This document shows positions 39,370 through 49,243 of a stretch of 64,000 bases of DNA, in pieces; position 1 is the stretch's first letter; each line of letters starts with the position of its first letter. The position numbers were made by a program, and so were the translations under genes. Source of the DNA: Candidatus Bathyarchaeia archaeon (GTDB lineage Archaea > Thermoproteota > Bathyarchaeia > Bathyarchaeales > DTEX01); the NCBI GenBank assembly GCA_038859955.1, contig JAWCEH010000003.1, positions 36,667-100,666 of the forward strand, written 5' to 3'. The notes below the pieces were generated by a model, which saw only the letters and a list, made by a program, of their open reading frames with translations, did not search any database and had not been told where the DNA came from.

Positions 39370-40560
39370 ATGCGTTTTTATTCCAAGACTCTCCTGGATG
39401 TTGAAAATGAAATCTATGTGGAAAAATGGAAGATAACGAGCGCCGAGTTCGGCGCTGGGAAAGAATGGTGTATAGAGAAACGTAGGCTCTACGGTGGGCC
39501 ATCGGATGGCGTCGATATAATAACGGTTGATAATGGCAGATTATCATTCACTGTTGTGCCAACTAGGGGCATGAGCATCTGGCGGGGCTACTATCAAGGG
39601 ATTTTCTTAGGATGGGTTTCGCCGGTAAAATATCTAGTTAATCCAAAATACGTTAATCTTGAAGAGCGTGAAGGTCTAGGCTGGCTTCGTGGCTTCAATG
39701 AATGGGTTGTTAGATGCGGCTTGGGGAACATTGGTGCACCAGGTATCGATGTAGTGAAAAATAATATGGGTCGTGATATTGAGGCCCTCTTAACTCTTCA
39801 CGGAAGAATAGCGAACACACCTGCAAGTTTAGTCAAACTTAAGGTCGGGCTGGAGCCGCCGTTTGAGTTGGGTGTTGAGGGAACTGTTTACGAGAGCACC
39901 ATGTTTGGCTCAAACCTTAAATTAACAACTTCAATAACAACTTTTCCCGGAGATAATAGCCTGAAAATTTCAGACACTATAGAGAACTTACGTGGGGTTA
40001 GTGATGAAATGCAGATTTTATACCACTGCAATTATGGTAAACCGTTCCTTGAAGAAGGCGCCCGCTTCTTAGCGCCCATTAAGAGATTGGCTCCAAGGGA
40101 TAAAATAGCAATGTTAGATATAGATTCCTTCGATACGTTCGGTCCTCCTGAGAGTGGCTTTATTGAACGCGTTTATTTCATGGAGCTTTTAGGAGATGAG
40201 GAAGGATATAGCGAGGCTTTACTTGTAAATAAAAGCTTAGACAAGGCTGTTTCCCATAGGTTTCTAGTTAAGGAGCTTCCGTTCTTTACGCTTTGGAGGA
40301 ACACAGCTGCTGAGGAAGATGGATATGTTGTTGGATTTGAGCCGGGCACAAGTTTTCCAAATATGAAGCGGTTTGAGAGGGAGCGTGGTAGGGTTATTAA
40401 ACTCGGTCCTGGAGAAAAGTATCGATCTGAACTTATTATAACAGTTTACGCTGATAAAGATGATGTTGAAAAAGCAATTGATCGTATTAATAAGATAAAG
40501 GGCGGCTTTCAACCGATAATTTATAGAAAGCCAATAGAAGAGTTCTCGCCAACAACATAG
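39370..40560 (+). CDS. Aldose 1-epimerase family protein (DUF4432)
   Basis: PTRGM, RCGL, LHGRI, LYHCNYG, GFEPGT. Confidence 0.82.
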   Translation: MRFYSKTLLDVENEIYVEKWKITSAEFGAGKEWCIEKRRLYGGPSDGVDIITVDNGRLSFTVVPTRGMSIWRGYYQGIFLGWVSPVKYLVNPKYVNLEEREGLGWLRGFNEWVVRCGLGNIGAPGIDVVKNNMGRDIEALLTLHGRIANTPASLVKLKVGLEPPFELGVEGTVYESTMFGSNLKLTTSITTFPGDNSLKISDTIENLRGVSDEMQILYHCNYGKPFLEEGARFLAPIKRLAPRDKIAMLDIDSFDTFGPPESGFIERVYFMELLGDEEGYSEALLVNKSLDKAVSHRFLVKELPFFTLWRNTAAEEDGYVVGFEPGTSFPNMKRFERERGRVIKLGPGEKYRSELIITVYADKDDVEKAIDRINKIKGGFQPIIYRKPIEEFSPTT

Positions 40561-40703
40561 CTGGCTTCTTCCATTAAATAGTGGAAGGACACTTAGGAAT
40601 GGCTTTTTCTAGATTGTTGCTGTTGCCATTTTTAATTTAAATCAAAAATAGATTTATGCTTGCAAGAAATCTTTAACTTAAAAATGAGAAATTTATTTTC
40701 TGG

Positions 40704-41756
40704 GTGGCTTGTTCGATGGATGATAAAATCAGAGTTGGTATAGGCGGTCTTGGGAGAAGTGGCTGGAATATTCATGCGGAGATCTTTGAGGCGTTATCTG
40801 ATAAATATCAAGTTATAGCTGTATCGGACCCGATTGAAGAGAGGAGACGCGAGGCTGTTGCAAGATTCGGATGCAAATCTTATCCAGAATTTGAGCATCT
40901 AATTAAGGACGAAGAAATTGATCTCGTGGTTGTTGCAACGCCAAGTCATCTTCATGCATCGCACACTATAATGGCTTTAGAATCTGGCAAAAACGTGGTT
41001 TGCGAGAAGCCTATGGCTACAAGTCTCTCTGAGGCTGATAGGATGATAGAGGCTTCTGAGCGAACCGGAAATATTTTAGTAATATTTCAAAATAGTTTAT
41101 TTGCCCCGGATTACTTAAAGGTTAAAGAAGTTATTCTGTCGGGTAAGCTTGGACGCATAATTCTAGTCAAAATCTATAATCATACATTTAGTAGACGATG
41201 GGACTGGCAAACTTTAAGAAAGTTCGGTGGGGGAGAACTGAGAAATAACGGTGTACATCTCATAGCTCAAGCTCTTGAGATAATTGGCGATAAAGAACCT
41301 GAGGTTTTCTGCGATCTCCAAAGAGCATTAACTTTAGGCGACGCTGAAGATCACGTAAAGATACTCTTAAAGGCGCCAAATTCGCCCCTAATAGATATTG
41401 AGATGACAAGGGCGTGCGCCTACCCGCAGGATAAATGGCTTGTGATGGGAACAAGGGGAGGATTAGCAGGAACATCCAGTTCACTAAAGTGGAAATACTT
41501 TAACCCCGAGACTCTTCCGCCAAGAGAACTCGAAGTTGAACCTACACCGGACCGTAGCTACAACTTTGAGAGTATTCCATGGTTTGAGGAGGAATGGCGT
41601 TTAAGTGAGCCTTATCAATCAAGTGGTATACTCTTCTACAAGGAGTTATATAAGACGTTACGATATGGGGCACCCCCACCAGTTCCACTTAATCTCGCGC
41701 GTAAGATCATGTGGGTTGTAGAGAAATGCTTTGAGATCAGTAAGTTAGCGTGCTGA
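40704..41756 (+). CDS. Gfo/Idh/MocA family oxidoreductase
   Basis: GLGRSG, ATP..H, CEKP, GGGEL...GVH. Confidence 0.9.
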   Translation: MACSMDDKIRVGIGGLGRSGWNIHAEIFEALSDKYQVIAVSDPIEERRREAVARFGCKSYPEFEHLIKDEEIDLVVVATPSHLHASHTIMALESGKNVVCEKPMATSLSEADRMIEASERTGNILVIFQNSLFAPDYLKVKEVILSGKLGRIILVKIYNHTFSRRWDWQTLRKFGGGELRNNGVHLIAQALEIIGDKEPEVFCDLQRALTLGDAEDHVKILLKAPNSPLIDIEMTRACAYPQDKWLVMGTRGGLAGTSSSLKWKYFNPETLPPRELEVEPTPDRSYNFESIPWFEEEWRLSEPYQSSGILFYKELYKTLRYGAPPPVPLNLARKIMWVVEKCFEISKLAC

Positions 41757-41981
41757 GGTTATGTTCAAAATTAAATAGATGTTTATTCAATCATCTAATA
41801 CAATAAAATATACTATGCTCATGTAAATAACGCCCATTTTTTTATTCGCTTTTATACTTAAAAAACAATAAGAGTCTTCTCGGTATGCTCATCAGTCTAT
41901 TAGTTTTATATATGCTTTGATATTCTGGGCGTATTAGCTAGTTTAAACTCTTGATTGAATCAGCCATTTATCTAGCGTTAG

Positions 41982-42638
41982 ATGGTGGAGTGTATGTCAT
42001 CAAAGTTTACTAAGAGATGGGAGGAAGGCGAATTAAGCGGGCTTAAGGCTGCTTTAAGGCCATCTGAACCCTTGAAGACTAAGATTGAATTAGCCATTAG
42101 ACGCGTTGAGGCCCAAATACAATATATCGAGGGTACGCTAAGTCGCCTCAGCGAGAGAGACAAGTATTTATTCTCTAAGATAGTCGAGGCATACTCCAAG
42201 CATCAGATGCAGAGAGCTCGTGTTTTAGCAAATGAGCTCGCTGAGCTGAGGAAGATGGCTAACTTCATGATGAACGCTGAATTAGCATTGGAAAGAGTTG
42301 CACTAAGATTGAGGACGGTAACTCAGCTAGGTAATGTTGTATCAACGTTAGCTCCGGCTACGCAGGTTTTGCAGAGCGTTCGAACCGGGTTAAGCGGATT
42401 GTTGCCGAACGCTGAAAAAGAGCTCGGTCAAATTGGGTCGATGCTTAATGATTTAATCGTTGAAGCTGGTGAAGTTACTGGTGTGGCTCCGGACTTTGAG
42501 GTTGCCAGTGATGATGCGCAAAAGATCCTTAGTGAAGCAGCCTTGATAGCTGAGCAGCGAATGAAAGAGAAGTTCCCTGAGCTTCCATCTCTAAGATCAG
42601 CGGAGGAAACCGGTGAGGATTCAGGGTTCTCGGAGTGA
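41982..42638 (+). CDS. ESCRT-III/Snf7 (CdvB-like) paralog lacking wH domain
   Basis: Helical Snf7 pattern (LANELAELRK, LERVALRLRT, AQKILSEA) and Pro-rich FPELPS tail. Confidence 0.85.
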   Translation: MVECMSSKFTKRWEEGELSGLKAALRPSEPLKTKIELAIRRVEAQIQYIEGTLSRLSERDKYLFSKIVEAYSKHQMQRARVLANELAELRKMANFMMNAELALERVALRLRTVTQLGNVVSTLAPATQVLQSVRTGLSGLLPNAEKELGQIGSMLNDLIVEAGEVTGVAPDFEVASDDAQKILSEAALIAEQRMKEKFPELPSLRSAEETGEDSGFSE

Positions 42639-42651
42639 TTAAGGGAGGTGT

Positions 42652-43326
42652 ATGTTTTTGGAGACTGATATTTTTCCATCCCTGATTGGTAGGAGTTTAA
42701 AGGATGAGAATGGTAGGGAAATAGGCAAGATAGTATCTTTCATAATTGGTTCTTTAGGCGAGGTTAAAGAGGTTTTAGTGGAAAATAAAAGCGAAGAGTT
42801 GATCAGGTTCCCGGCTGAAAGACTGAGGGTCAGTCAGGAAGAAGTCTTTTTAGTTTCTGAGATCGAGAGACGCGTTGAGAAGTTATGCGGGATTTTCCCG
42901 ACGTTAGTGAGAAAGCGTGAAATTCTTGAATCTCTCTTCAAAAATAAGGAGATACTGCCTGAAATTTACGAGAGCTTAAGCGCCGACTTTGATAAATCCA
43001 TAAATGAGATGAAAGTTGAAGCCCAAAATCTCTTAAGTGATATTGAACGTCAGATTCAATTTCAAGAGAATTCTATTAAAATGCTTCATCTCGCTAGGAC
43101 ATTCCTTGAGATGGAGCATGGAATAGGCAATGTGAAGGATGATGCCTTCCGACAATCCCTACTGTCAATTCTCAGGGAGATAAAATATGCTTCCTATAGA
43201 AAAATGAACCTTCTAAAGATTAAGGAGAAAGTCTCTAGCATAACCATTCAAACGAGCGTTGACTTGGCAGTAAGCGATTATGTAAGTCAAAAACCAGTTA
43301 TAAATGTACGCATAACTAATGAATAG
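42652..43326 (+). CDS. cdvA: Cell division protein CdvA
   Basis: N-terminal PRC barrel (IGRSLKDENGREIGKIV), coiled coil, C-terminal beta peptide PVINVRI. Confidence 0.8.
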   Translation: MFLETDIFPSLIGRSLKDENGREIGKIVSFIIGSLGEVKEVLVENKSEELIRFPAERLRVSQEEVFLVSEIERRVEKLCGIFPTLVRKREILESLFKNKEILPEIYESLSADFDKSINEMKVEAQNLLSDIERQIQFQENSIKMLHLARTFLEMEHGIGNVKDDAFRQSLLSILREIKYASYRKMNLLKIKEKVSSITIQTSVDLAVSDYVSQKPVINVRITNE

Positions 43327-43360
43327 CCATGCGTTCTCTCAATAACGCGCGGGGTCTTTA

Positions 43361-44197
43361 ATGATTAGAGATTTTCTTGGAAGGGCGAGAAAACCTTTGA
43401 ATGAAACGCTTTTAGAGGCAATTAGTGAGCTGGGGAAGTATTACTCTAGGCTTGAGCTGGCTCATGCAAAGCTCTCTAGGAGAGATAAAGAGTTATTTGA
43501 TGAATGCGCTTCATATTTAAGCAAAGGAATGAAGAATAAAGCGATAATATATGCTAATGAAATCGCGGAAATAAGGAAATTTATGTCTATTATAGAACGC
43601 GTACAATTGTCTATTGAAAAAGCCATAATAAGGCTTGAGACCTTTAAAGCCGTAACACCAACATTAGAGGATATTAAGGGTGTTTTCAGTGAAGTTAAAA
43701 GTGCGCTTGGAGATGTTGCAAAAGTTATGCCATCCCTAACACCGGAGCTGAATAATCTAATGAGCTCTATAAATGATCTAATAATGACAACGGAGATGAA
43801 TTTAGCGCCACCTGAACCCATAGTTGTTAAGGATGAGGCTACTGAGGCAATACTTAAAGAAGCATCGGACTTCCTTAAGCAGGAGATTGAGAGGAGAATT
43901 CCCGAGCCTCCTGCTGAGCTCCATATTCCTGAGCCAGCTAAGGCAGTGGCAATTAAACCTCGCATTGCCTTAACAATTGACGGCTCAGAAGTTTATGTTG
44001 GCGCAGACGGCTCAATAATTGATGAGAGGAGTAGTTCAACAAACGCTTTAGCAGAAGAGTTAATTCTAGATTACATTGAACGAAATAGCGGCGAAATGAA
44101 TATCTCGAAATGTGCTAGAGAGCTAAATATGTCTCCAAGCAAGGTTATGGAGATTCTTGAATCTCTAAGTAAGAAAGGGAAGATAAGAATTGAGTAG
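43361..44197 (+). CDS. cdvB: ESCRT-III cell division protein CdvB with C-terminal winged helix
   Basis: Snf7 core (YANEIAEIRK), MIM2-like IPEPP, C-terminal wH (ILDYIERNSGEMNISKCA). Confidence 0.85.
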   Translation: MIRDFLGRARKPLNETLLEAISELGKYYSRLELAHAKLSRRDKELFDECASYLSKGMKNKAIIYANEIAEIRKFMSIIERVQLSIEKAIIRLETFKAVTPTLEDIKGVFSEVKSALGDVAKVMPSLTPELNNLMSSINDLIMTTEMNLAPPEPIVVKDEATEAILKEASDFLKQEIERRIPEPPAELHIPEPAKAVAIKPRIALTIDGSEVYVGADGSIIDERSSSTNALAEELILDYIERNSGEMNISKCARELNMSPSKVMEILESLSKKGKIRIE

Positions 44198-44211
44198 GTG
44201 TTGGGGAGGTT

Positions 44212-45345
44212 ATGAGCGCCGCTCAAGAGTTAGAGCAGCTGGCGCTGAGATATGCGGAGCAAGCTGTAACATTGGATCGCCAAGGAAAAAAGGAGATGGC
44301 GATTGAAGCTTACCAGAAGGCTATAGACAGCCTACTCAAAATTGTTAGAATAAACCCAAACTATGAACTTAATAGAATATATTTGCAGAGGGCTGAAGCA
44401 TACAAAAATAGAGTTGCGGCGCTCAAATCCTCCCTATACCTAAGCCCGGCAACCGCTGAAGACACAAGCGATGCAAGAACACCATTTGAAGATTTAATAA
44501 TGAAGGAGCCGCCGAGCGTCACCTGGGATGACATAGTTGGGCTTGAGGACGCTAAGAGGGCGATTAGAGAGGCTATAGTCTATCCATCGCTTAGACCTGA
44601 TCTCTTCCCCTTAGGTTGGCCTAGGGGAATCTTACTCTTCGGACCGCCGGGTTGCGGAAAGACTCTTCTCGCCGCCGCTGTTTCAAATGAGATTAAGGCT
44701 AAGTTTATACCTGTTGATGCCGCGTCAATAATGTCTAAGTGGCTTGGTGAAGCCGAACAGAACGTTGCTAAATTATTTAATTTGGCTAGGAAAGAGGCTA
44801 GAAATTCGCCGGTAATAATCTTTATCGACGAGCTTGATTCATTGATGGGTGTAAGACGATTTGAAGTTGGCGGCGAAACGAGGGTTAGAAACCAGTTTCT
44901 TAAGGAAATGGACGGCATAATAGACAAGAAGAATCCAGTGAGAGTTTACGTTGTCGGCGCAACAAATAAGCCCTGGGATCTAGACCAACCGTTCATAAGA
45001 AGATTCCAAAAGAGGATTTATGTTCCCCCACCAAATTACAATCAGCGTCTAGAAACCTTCAAATTATATACAAAACCCCTTAAGCTGGCGTCAGACGTAA
45101 ATTTGGATGAGCTAGCTAGGCTGACGGAGGGGTTCTCTGGAAGCGACATAATGGACGTTTGCCAATCAGTTCAACTTAAAGTTAATAGCGAAATATTTGA
45201 GAAGTACACAGACTACACTAAAGCCGAACCTAGACCGATCACAATGCGTGACTTCCTTGATGTTCTGGAAAAGAGAAAGCCAAGTATCTCAAAGGAATCA
45301 CTAATACAATACGAAAAATGGTTCAATGAATTTAAGGCTCTATAG
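44212..45345 (+). CDS. cdvC: Vps4-like AAA ATPase CdvC
   Basis: N-terminal MIT domain, GPPGCGKT, SKWLGE, FIDELD, RRFQKR. Confidence 0.92.
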   Translation: MSAAQELEQLALRYAEQAVTLDRQGKKEMAIEAYQKAIDSLLKIVRINPNYELNRIYLQRAEAYKNRVAALKSSLYLSPATAEDTSDARTPFEDLIMKEPPSVTWDDIVGLEDAKRAIREAIVYPSLRPDLFPLGWPRGILLFGPPGCGKTLLAAAVSNEIKAKFIPVDAASIMSKWLGEAEQNVAKLFNLARKEARNSPVIIFIDELDSLMGVRRFEVGGETRVRNQFLKEMDGIIDKKNPVRVYVVGATNKPWDLDQPFIRRFQKRIYVPPPNYNQRLETFKLYTKPLKLASDVNLDELARLTEGFSGSDIMDVCQSVQLKVNSEIFEKYTDYTKAEPRPITMRDFLDVLEKRKPSISKESLIQYEKWFNEFKAL

Positions 45346-45439
45346 CGCACAGAATAAATAATTATTTCCGTTCTCGCTGAAATATTAAGCGTTAAGGTTA
45401 TTACCGGGTTTAATACCTAAAAATTCTTGTCATATGCGA

Positions 45440-45515
45440 AGCCCGGTGGTGTAGCGGACAAGCATAGCGGGCTTTGGACCCGCTGACGAGAGTTCGAATC
45501 TCTCCCGGGCTACCA
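45440..45515 (+). tRNA. tRNA-Gln(TTG), intronless, CCA encoded
   Basis: AGCCCGG/CCGGGCT acceptor, GCGGG-CTTTGGA-CCCGC anticodon arm, GAGAG-TTCGAAT-CTCTC T arm. Confidence 0.95.
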
Positions 45516-45639
45516 ACCAACTTAACGTGGTTATATAATTCATGTATTCCCTGTTTGATTAACGCTTAATTTACTGGTTCTTCTCCCATTATGCGTGGAG
45601 TATTTTAACCTTCATTCTGTTATTCAGGACACTGGCAGG

Positions 45640-46000
45640 GAATTGTAGGAGCAGTAGAAGAGGTCGAGTCTATATGTTAACAACTTCTAAAAGAGTGTGG
45701 CTTCAAATAGACCTTGACTTTTCAAGCGAAACTGCTGTTGATCTTCTACATCTTAGTCCGGTTCTAGCTTCATCCACTCAATTTACATTCATTTGGGCAA
45801 AGGAGAGTTTCTTTCGCCATAGCCATTCAGTATGGCATCAGATTCTCATATCTTGCTCAATCTATGAAAGAATATGTTAACTAAGTCTCAAGCGTGCTTA
45901 AAGTTCTAGTAGGCGATAAAGTTCAAAGTCTAGATGAAGTTGTAAAATGCAATTTTGGCGAGGATAGAGGTGCGGTGCTTAACCTGACTTTCACCTGTTA
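45640..46000 (+). pseudogene. Possible decayed ABC (ECF-type) ATPase fragment
   Basis: Frame with internal stops reads AVEEVESIC*QLLKECGFK*...HPLNLHSFGQRRVSFAIA, resembling the ECF signature HPxxLSxGQxRRV. Confidence 0.3.
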
Positions 46001-46220
46001 GATACCGAAGCTTCCTTGCCGATAAGCGCCCTTGCTTTCACAATTCGTATACAACATGCCAATAGAATTCTCTTCCACTCCTCTAAATGATTATAACTTC
46101 ATAAACTGGGAAAATGTTAAGCCCTAAATTTTGGGCTAACAACACCTCAACGAAAAGACTAAAATAGGGAAGATGAAAATCTCCTTGTGAACATAAAGCA
46201 TTAGGAAGGAGAAAAGCTGA

Positions 46221-46880
46221 ATGAGTTACGATGTTTTAAGTGCTTTGAGAGATGCATTAGTAGAGATGGATATGGTCAGAGTGAATGATCTAGTGAAGGC
46301 AGCTCTCTCTTCAGGTTTTGATCCCATGAAAATTGTTGAGGCGTTGCGTTCTGGGATGGATGAGGTTGGGAGGCGGTTTGAGAGCGGCGAGTACTTTATT
46401 TCCGAGTTAGTTATGTCTGGGGAGATTATGAAGAGGGTTTTGGAGATTTTGAAACCTCACTTGGAAGCTGGGTCTGGAAGTAAAGGTAAAATTGTATTGG
46501 GGACTATAATTGGCGATCTACATGATATTGGTAAGGAGATTATTAAGACTTTGCTTATTTCAGCAGGCTTCGATGTATGCGATTTGGGTGTGGATGTGCC
46601 CCCGGAGAAGTTTGTTGAGAAGGCTAAGGAAATGGGAGCAAAAATTATCGGTATCTCGGCTCTGCTCTCAACATCAATAGTTAATACTGCTGAGGTCGTG
46701 AAAAAATTGAGAGAAGAGGGGCTGCGCGATAAAGTTAGGGTAATTGTTGGCGGAGCAGCGGCTAGACCATGGATGATTGAAGAGTATGGTTTGGATGCAG
46801 CTGTAAATGATGCTGTTAAAGGATTAGAGATAATTAAGAGGTGGGCGAAGGAGGATGAACCCGCGCGAGAGGGTTCTTAA
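46221..46880 (+). CDS. Corrinoid (B12-binding) methyltransferase protein
   Basis: B12 cap domain (VGRRFESGEYFISEL), GDLHDIG, DLGVDV, SALL, VGGA. Confidence 0.92.
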   Translation: MSYDVLSALRDALVEMDMVRVNDLVKAALSSGFDPMKIVEALRSGMDEVGRRFESGEYFISELVMSGEIMKRVLEILKPHLEAGSGSKGKIVLGTIIGDLHDIGKEIIKTLLISAGFDVCDLGVDVPPEKFVEKAKEMGAKIIGISALLSTSIVNTAEVVKKLREEGLRDKVRVIVGGAAARPWMIEEYGLDAAVNDAVKGLEIIKRWAKEDEPAREGS

Positions 46881-47910
46881 GGCGCTGGAGCATGAGGAGC
46901 CGGATAGGGTTCCCCTTGATGAGACGATTGACTGGGCTCATCTCCACCCATGGGTATATGCCGCAAACTATTTGGGAGCTAAAACCTATGAGGAGCTGCG
47001 AAGAAAGCTTGGCATTGACCTAAGAAGGGTCGGCTGGTCAATGCAGGAAGAACTTAAATTGCCTCCAGCTCAAAAGCCGGGTTCAGTCTTTGAGGATGAG
47101 TGGGGGGTTAAGTATGAGATTACCGCTGATGGAGTGCACACGCGTATTGTTTATCATCCCCTCCAGCATATTCCGCTCAGCAGTTTTGAGTTTCCAAGTT
47201 TTGATAGGGTTTTCGATAGAGCTGCGGATTTTGTGAGGATGTGGAGGGGGGAATACTTTGTTCAGGGCGTTATGTACTGTACGTTTTTTGAGATAGCTCG
47301 TTCATTGAGGGGCTTTAACAAGTTCCTTGTGGACCTTTATGAGAATCCGGGTTTTGTTAATGAGTTGCTTGATCGACTTCTTAAATATCGGCTTGAAATG
47401 GGTAAGCGCTTCATTGAGCTCGGCGTTGACTGCATACAATTGGGAGATGACTTCGGTGCGCAGACTAGTATGATTATTCACCCAAATCTATGGAGGAAAT
47501 ACTTTAAGCCCAGAATGAAGACTTTAATAGATGAGCTGAAGAAGCATGGAGACGTCTACATATGGTATCATAGCGACGGCAACATTGAACCCATAATACC
47601 AGACTTAATAGAAATTGGCGTAAACATATTGAACCCAATTCAACCAGACTGCATGGATCCAGCCAAAATTAAAGAGAAGTATGGTGATAAAATAACTCTG
47701 CATGGAACTGTATCAGTTCAAGAAACAATGCAATTTGGATCCGAGGAAGATGTTAAATCTGAGGTTATAAAGAGGATTAAAACCTGTGGATACGGAGGCG
47801 GATTAATAATTGCGCCAGCACATGGGCTACAGCCATCCACACCATTCAGAAATATCATCGCCCTTTATGAAACAGCTAAAAAACACGGTAGATACCCTTT
47901 AACAAAGTGA
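46855..47910 (+). CDS. UroD/MtaA-CmuA superfamily protein
   Basis: EPDRVP, DEWG, GDDFG, YHSDG, LNPIQP, GGGLIIAPAH. Confidence 0.85.
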   Translation: MNPRERVLKALEHEEPDRVPLDETIDWAHLHPWVYAANYLGAKTYEELRRKLGIDLRRVGWSMQEELKLPPAQKPGSVFEDEWGVKYEITADGVHTRIVYHPLQHIPLSSFEFPSFDRVFDRAADFVRMWRGEYFVQGVMYCTFFEIARSLRGFNKFLVDLYENPGFVNELLDRLLKYRLEMGKRFIELGVDCIQLGDDFGAQTSMIIHPNLWRKYFKPRMKTLIDELKKHGDVYIWYHSDGNIEPIIPDLIEIGVNILNPIQPDCMDPAKIKEKYGDKITLHGTVSVQETMQFGSEEDVKSEVIKRIKTCGYGGGLIIAPAHGLQPSTPFRNIIALYETAKKHGRYPLTK

Positions 47911-47916
47911 TGCTGA

Positions 47917-49017
47917 ATGGAGTGGCGAGAGAGGTTCCTGAGAATACTTGAGCATGAGGAGCCAGATAAGCTTCCATTGGATATTTGGGTCTCACCAGCA
48001 TTTACAGTTAAACTCCGCAGTCAACTGAGAAAAGAAGATTTAGCCAAATTCTCCCCCGACCTATGGCTGGGTATCCGAAGCGTCGGGCCAAGCGTTTCGG
48101 AGGATTTCGCTCGTAGAGGTGTAACCTATGAGCCATTCATCCATTACGGCATCGGGGTTTGGGTTGAGCCAGGCGTTATGGAGGATGAGTGGGGAGTAAA
48201 GCGCCGTTTAACTGATGCAGGAACAGAGAGCCGCATAATATACCATCCTCTGGAAAGAGCTGATGAAGACTTTCTAGACAAATATCCATTTCCAGACCCA
48301 GATGCACCAGGCAGATTCAAGATAACTAAAGAGGATGTTGAAAAAATGAAGGATGCGGGATACTGGGTTGTCGGCGGCTTTGGAACAGACACATTCTGGT
48401 GCCAAGCATGGTATCTTAGAGGCTTCAAGCAGCTCACGATCGACCTGTATGTTAACCCAAAGTTTGTTGATAAGCTCATGTCTAAACTGCTCGAGTACTA
48501 TGTGGGGGTTGGTAGGAAGCTAGTTGAACTTGGAGTGGACCAAGTGAATATGTATGACGATATTGCCGCCCAAACTGGAATGATCATAGCGCCTAAATTA
48601 TGGCGCAGGTTCCTTAAACCATACTATAAAAGACTGGTGGATACACTGAGAGTGGGAATAAAGTACATCTACTACCATTCTGATGGAGATCTCCGGTCTA
48701 TAATACCAGACTTGATGGAAATCGGCGTGAATATTCTAAACCCGGTTCAACCTGACTGCATGAACCTAGCCGAGCTGAAAATGGAGTATGGAGATAAGAT
48801 AACATTATGGGGAGGCTTATCTGTACAGGAAACATTACCCCACGGAACACCCACAGAGGTTAAAGAGGAGGTTAAGAGGACAATAGAGATATGCGCTCCT
48901 GGAGGCGGCTTCGTGCTCGGCACCTCCAACAATATTATGCAAGACACGCCCATAGAGAACTTTCTCGCCATGTACGAAGCAGCCAAAAAATACGGCAAAT
49001 ACCCACTGAAAAGGTGA
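47917..49017 (+). CDS. UroD/MtaA-CmuA superfamily protein
   Basis: EPDKLP, DEWG, YDDIA, YHSDG, LNPVQP, GGGFVLG. Confidence 0.85.
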   Translation: MEWRERFLRILEHEEPDKLPLDIWVSPAFTVKLRSQLRKEDLAKFSPDLWLGIRSVGPSVSEDFARRGVTYEPFIHYGIGVWVEPGVMEDEWGVKRRLTDAGTESRIIYHPLERADEDFLDKYPFPDPDAPGRFKITKEDVEKMKDAGYWVVGGFGTDTFWCQAWYLRGFKQLTIDLYVNPKFVDKLMSKLLEYYVGVGRKLVELGVDQVNMYDDIAAQTGMIIAPKLWRRFLKPYYKRLVDTLRVGIKYIYYHSDGDLRSIIPDLMEIGVNILNPVQPDCMNLAELKMEYGDKITLWGGLSVQETLPHGTPTEVKEEVKRTIEICAPGGGFVLGTSNNIMQDTPIENFLAMYEAAKKYGKYPLKR

Positions 49018-49243
49018 GTTCTTTTATCCCCATAAGCGAGACATCAACACATAGTATACCACGTAAAAAAGAAGTAAAGTTAATTCACCTATTTTCCCAG
49101 AATTTTCCTTCTTACTCCATAGAGTAACCTTTTCTTGAACTAATGTGAAGCGTGATTTTCCTCTCTTATGTGCCCAAACGTTAAGCGTCTTCTCTTTCAC
49201 TCTTCATTGAAATTGGTTTAAAGTAGTTCTCTCCATAAACTGT

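Noticed and set aside
45674-45880. 68-aa ORF after tRNA-Gln, considered as an integrase or transposase fragment
   Set aside because: No recombinase or transposase motifs; a different stop-interrupted frame better resembles an ABC ATPase remnant
49020-49240. Possible ~58-codon minus-strand frame downstream of the PfpI gene
   Set aside because: No recognisable homology or RBS; cannot be supported
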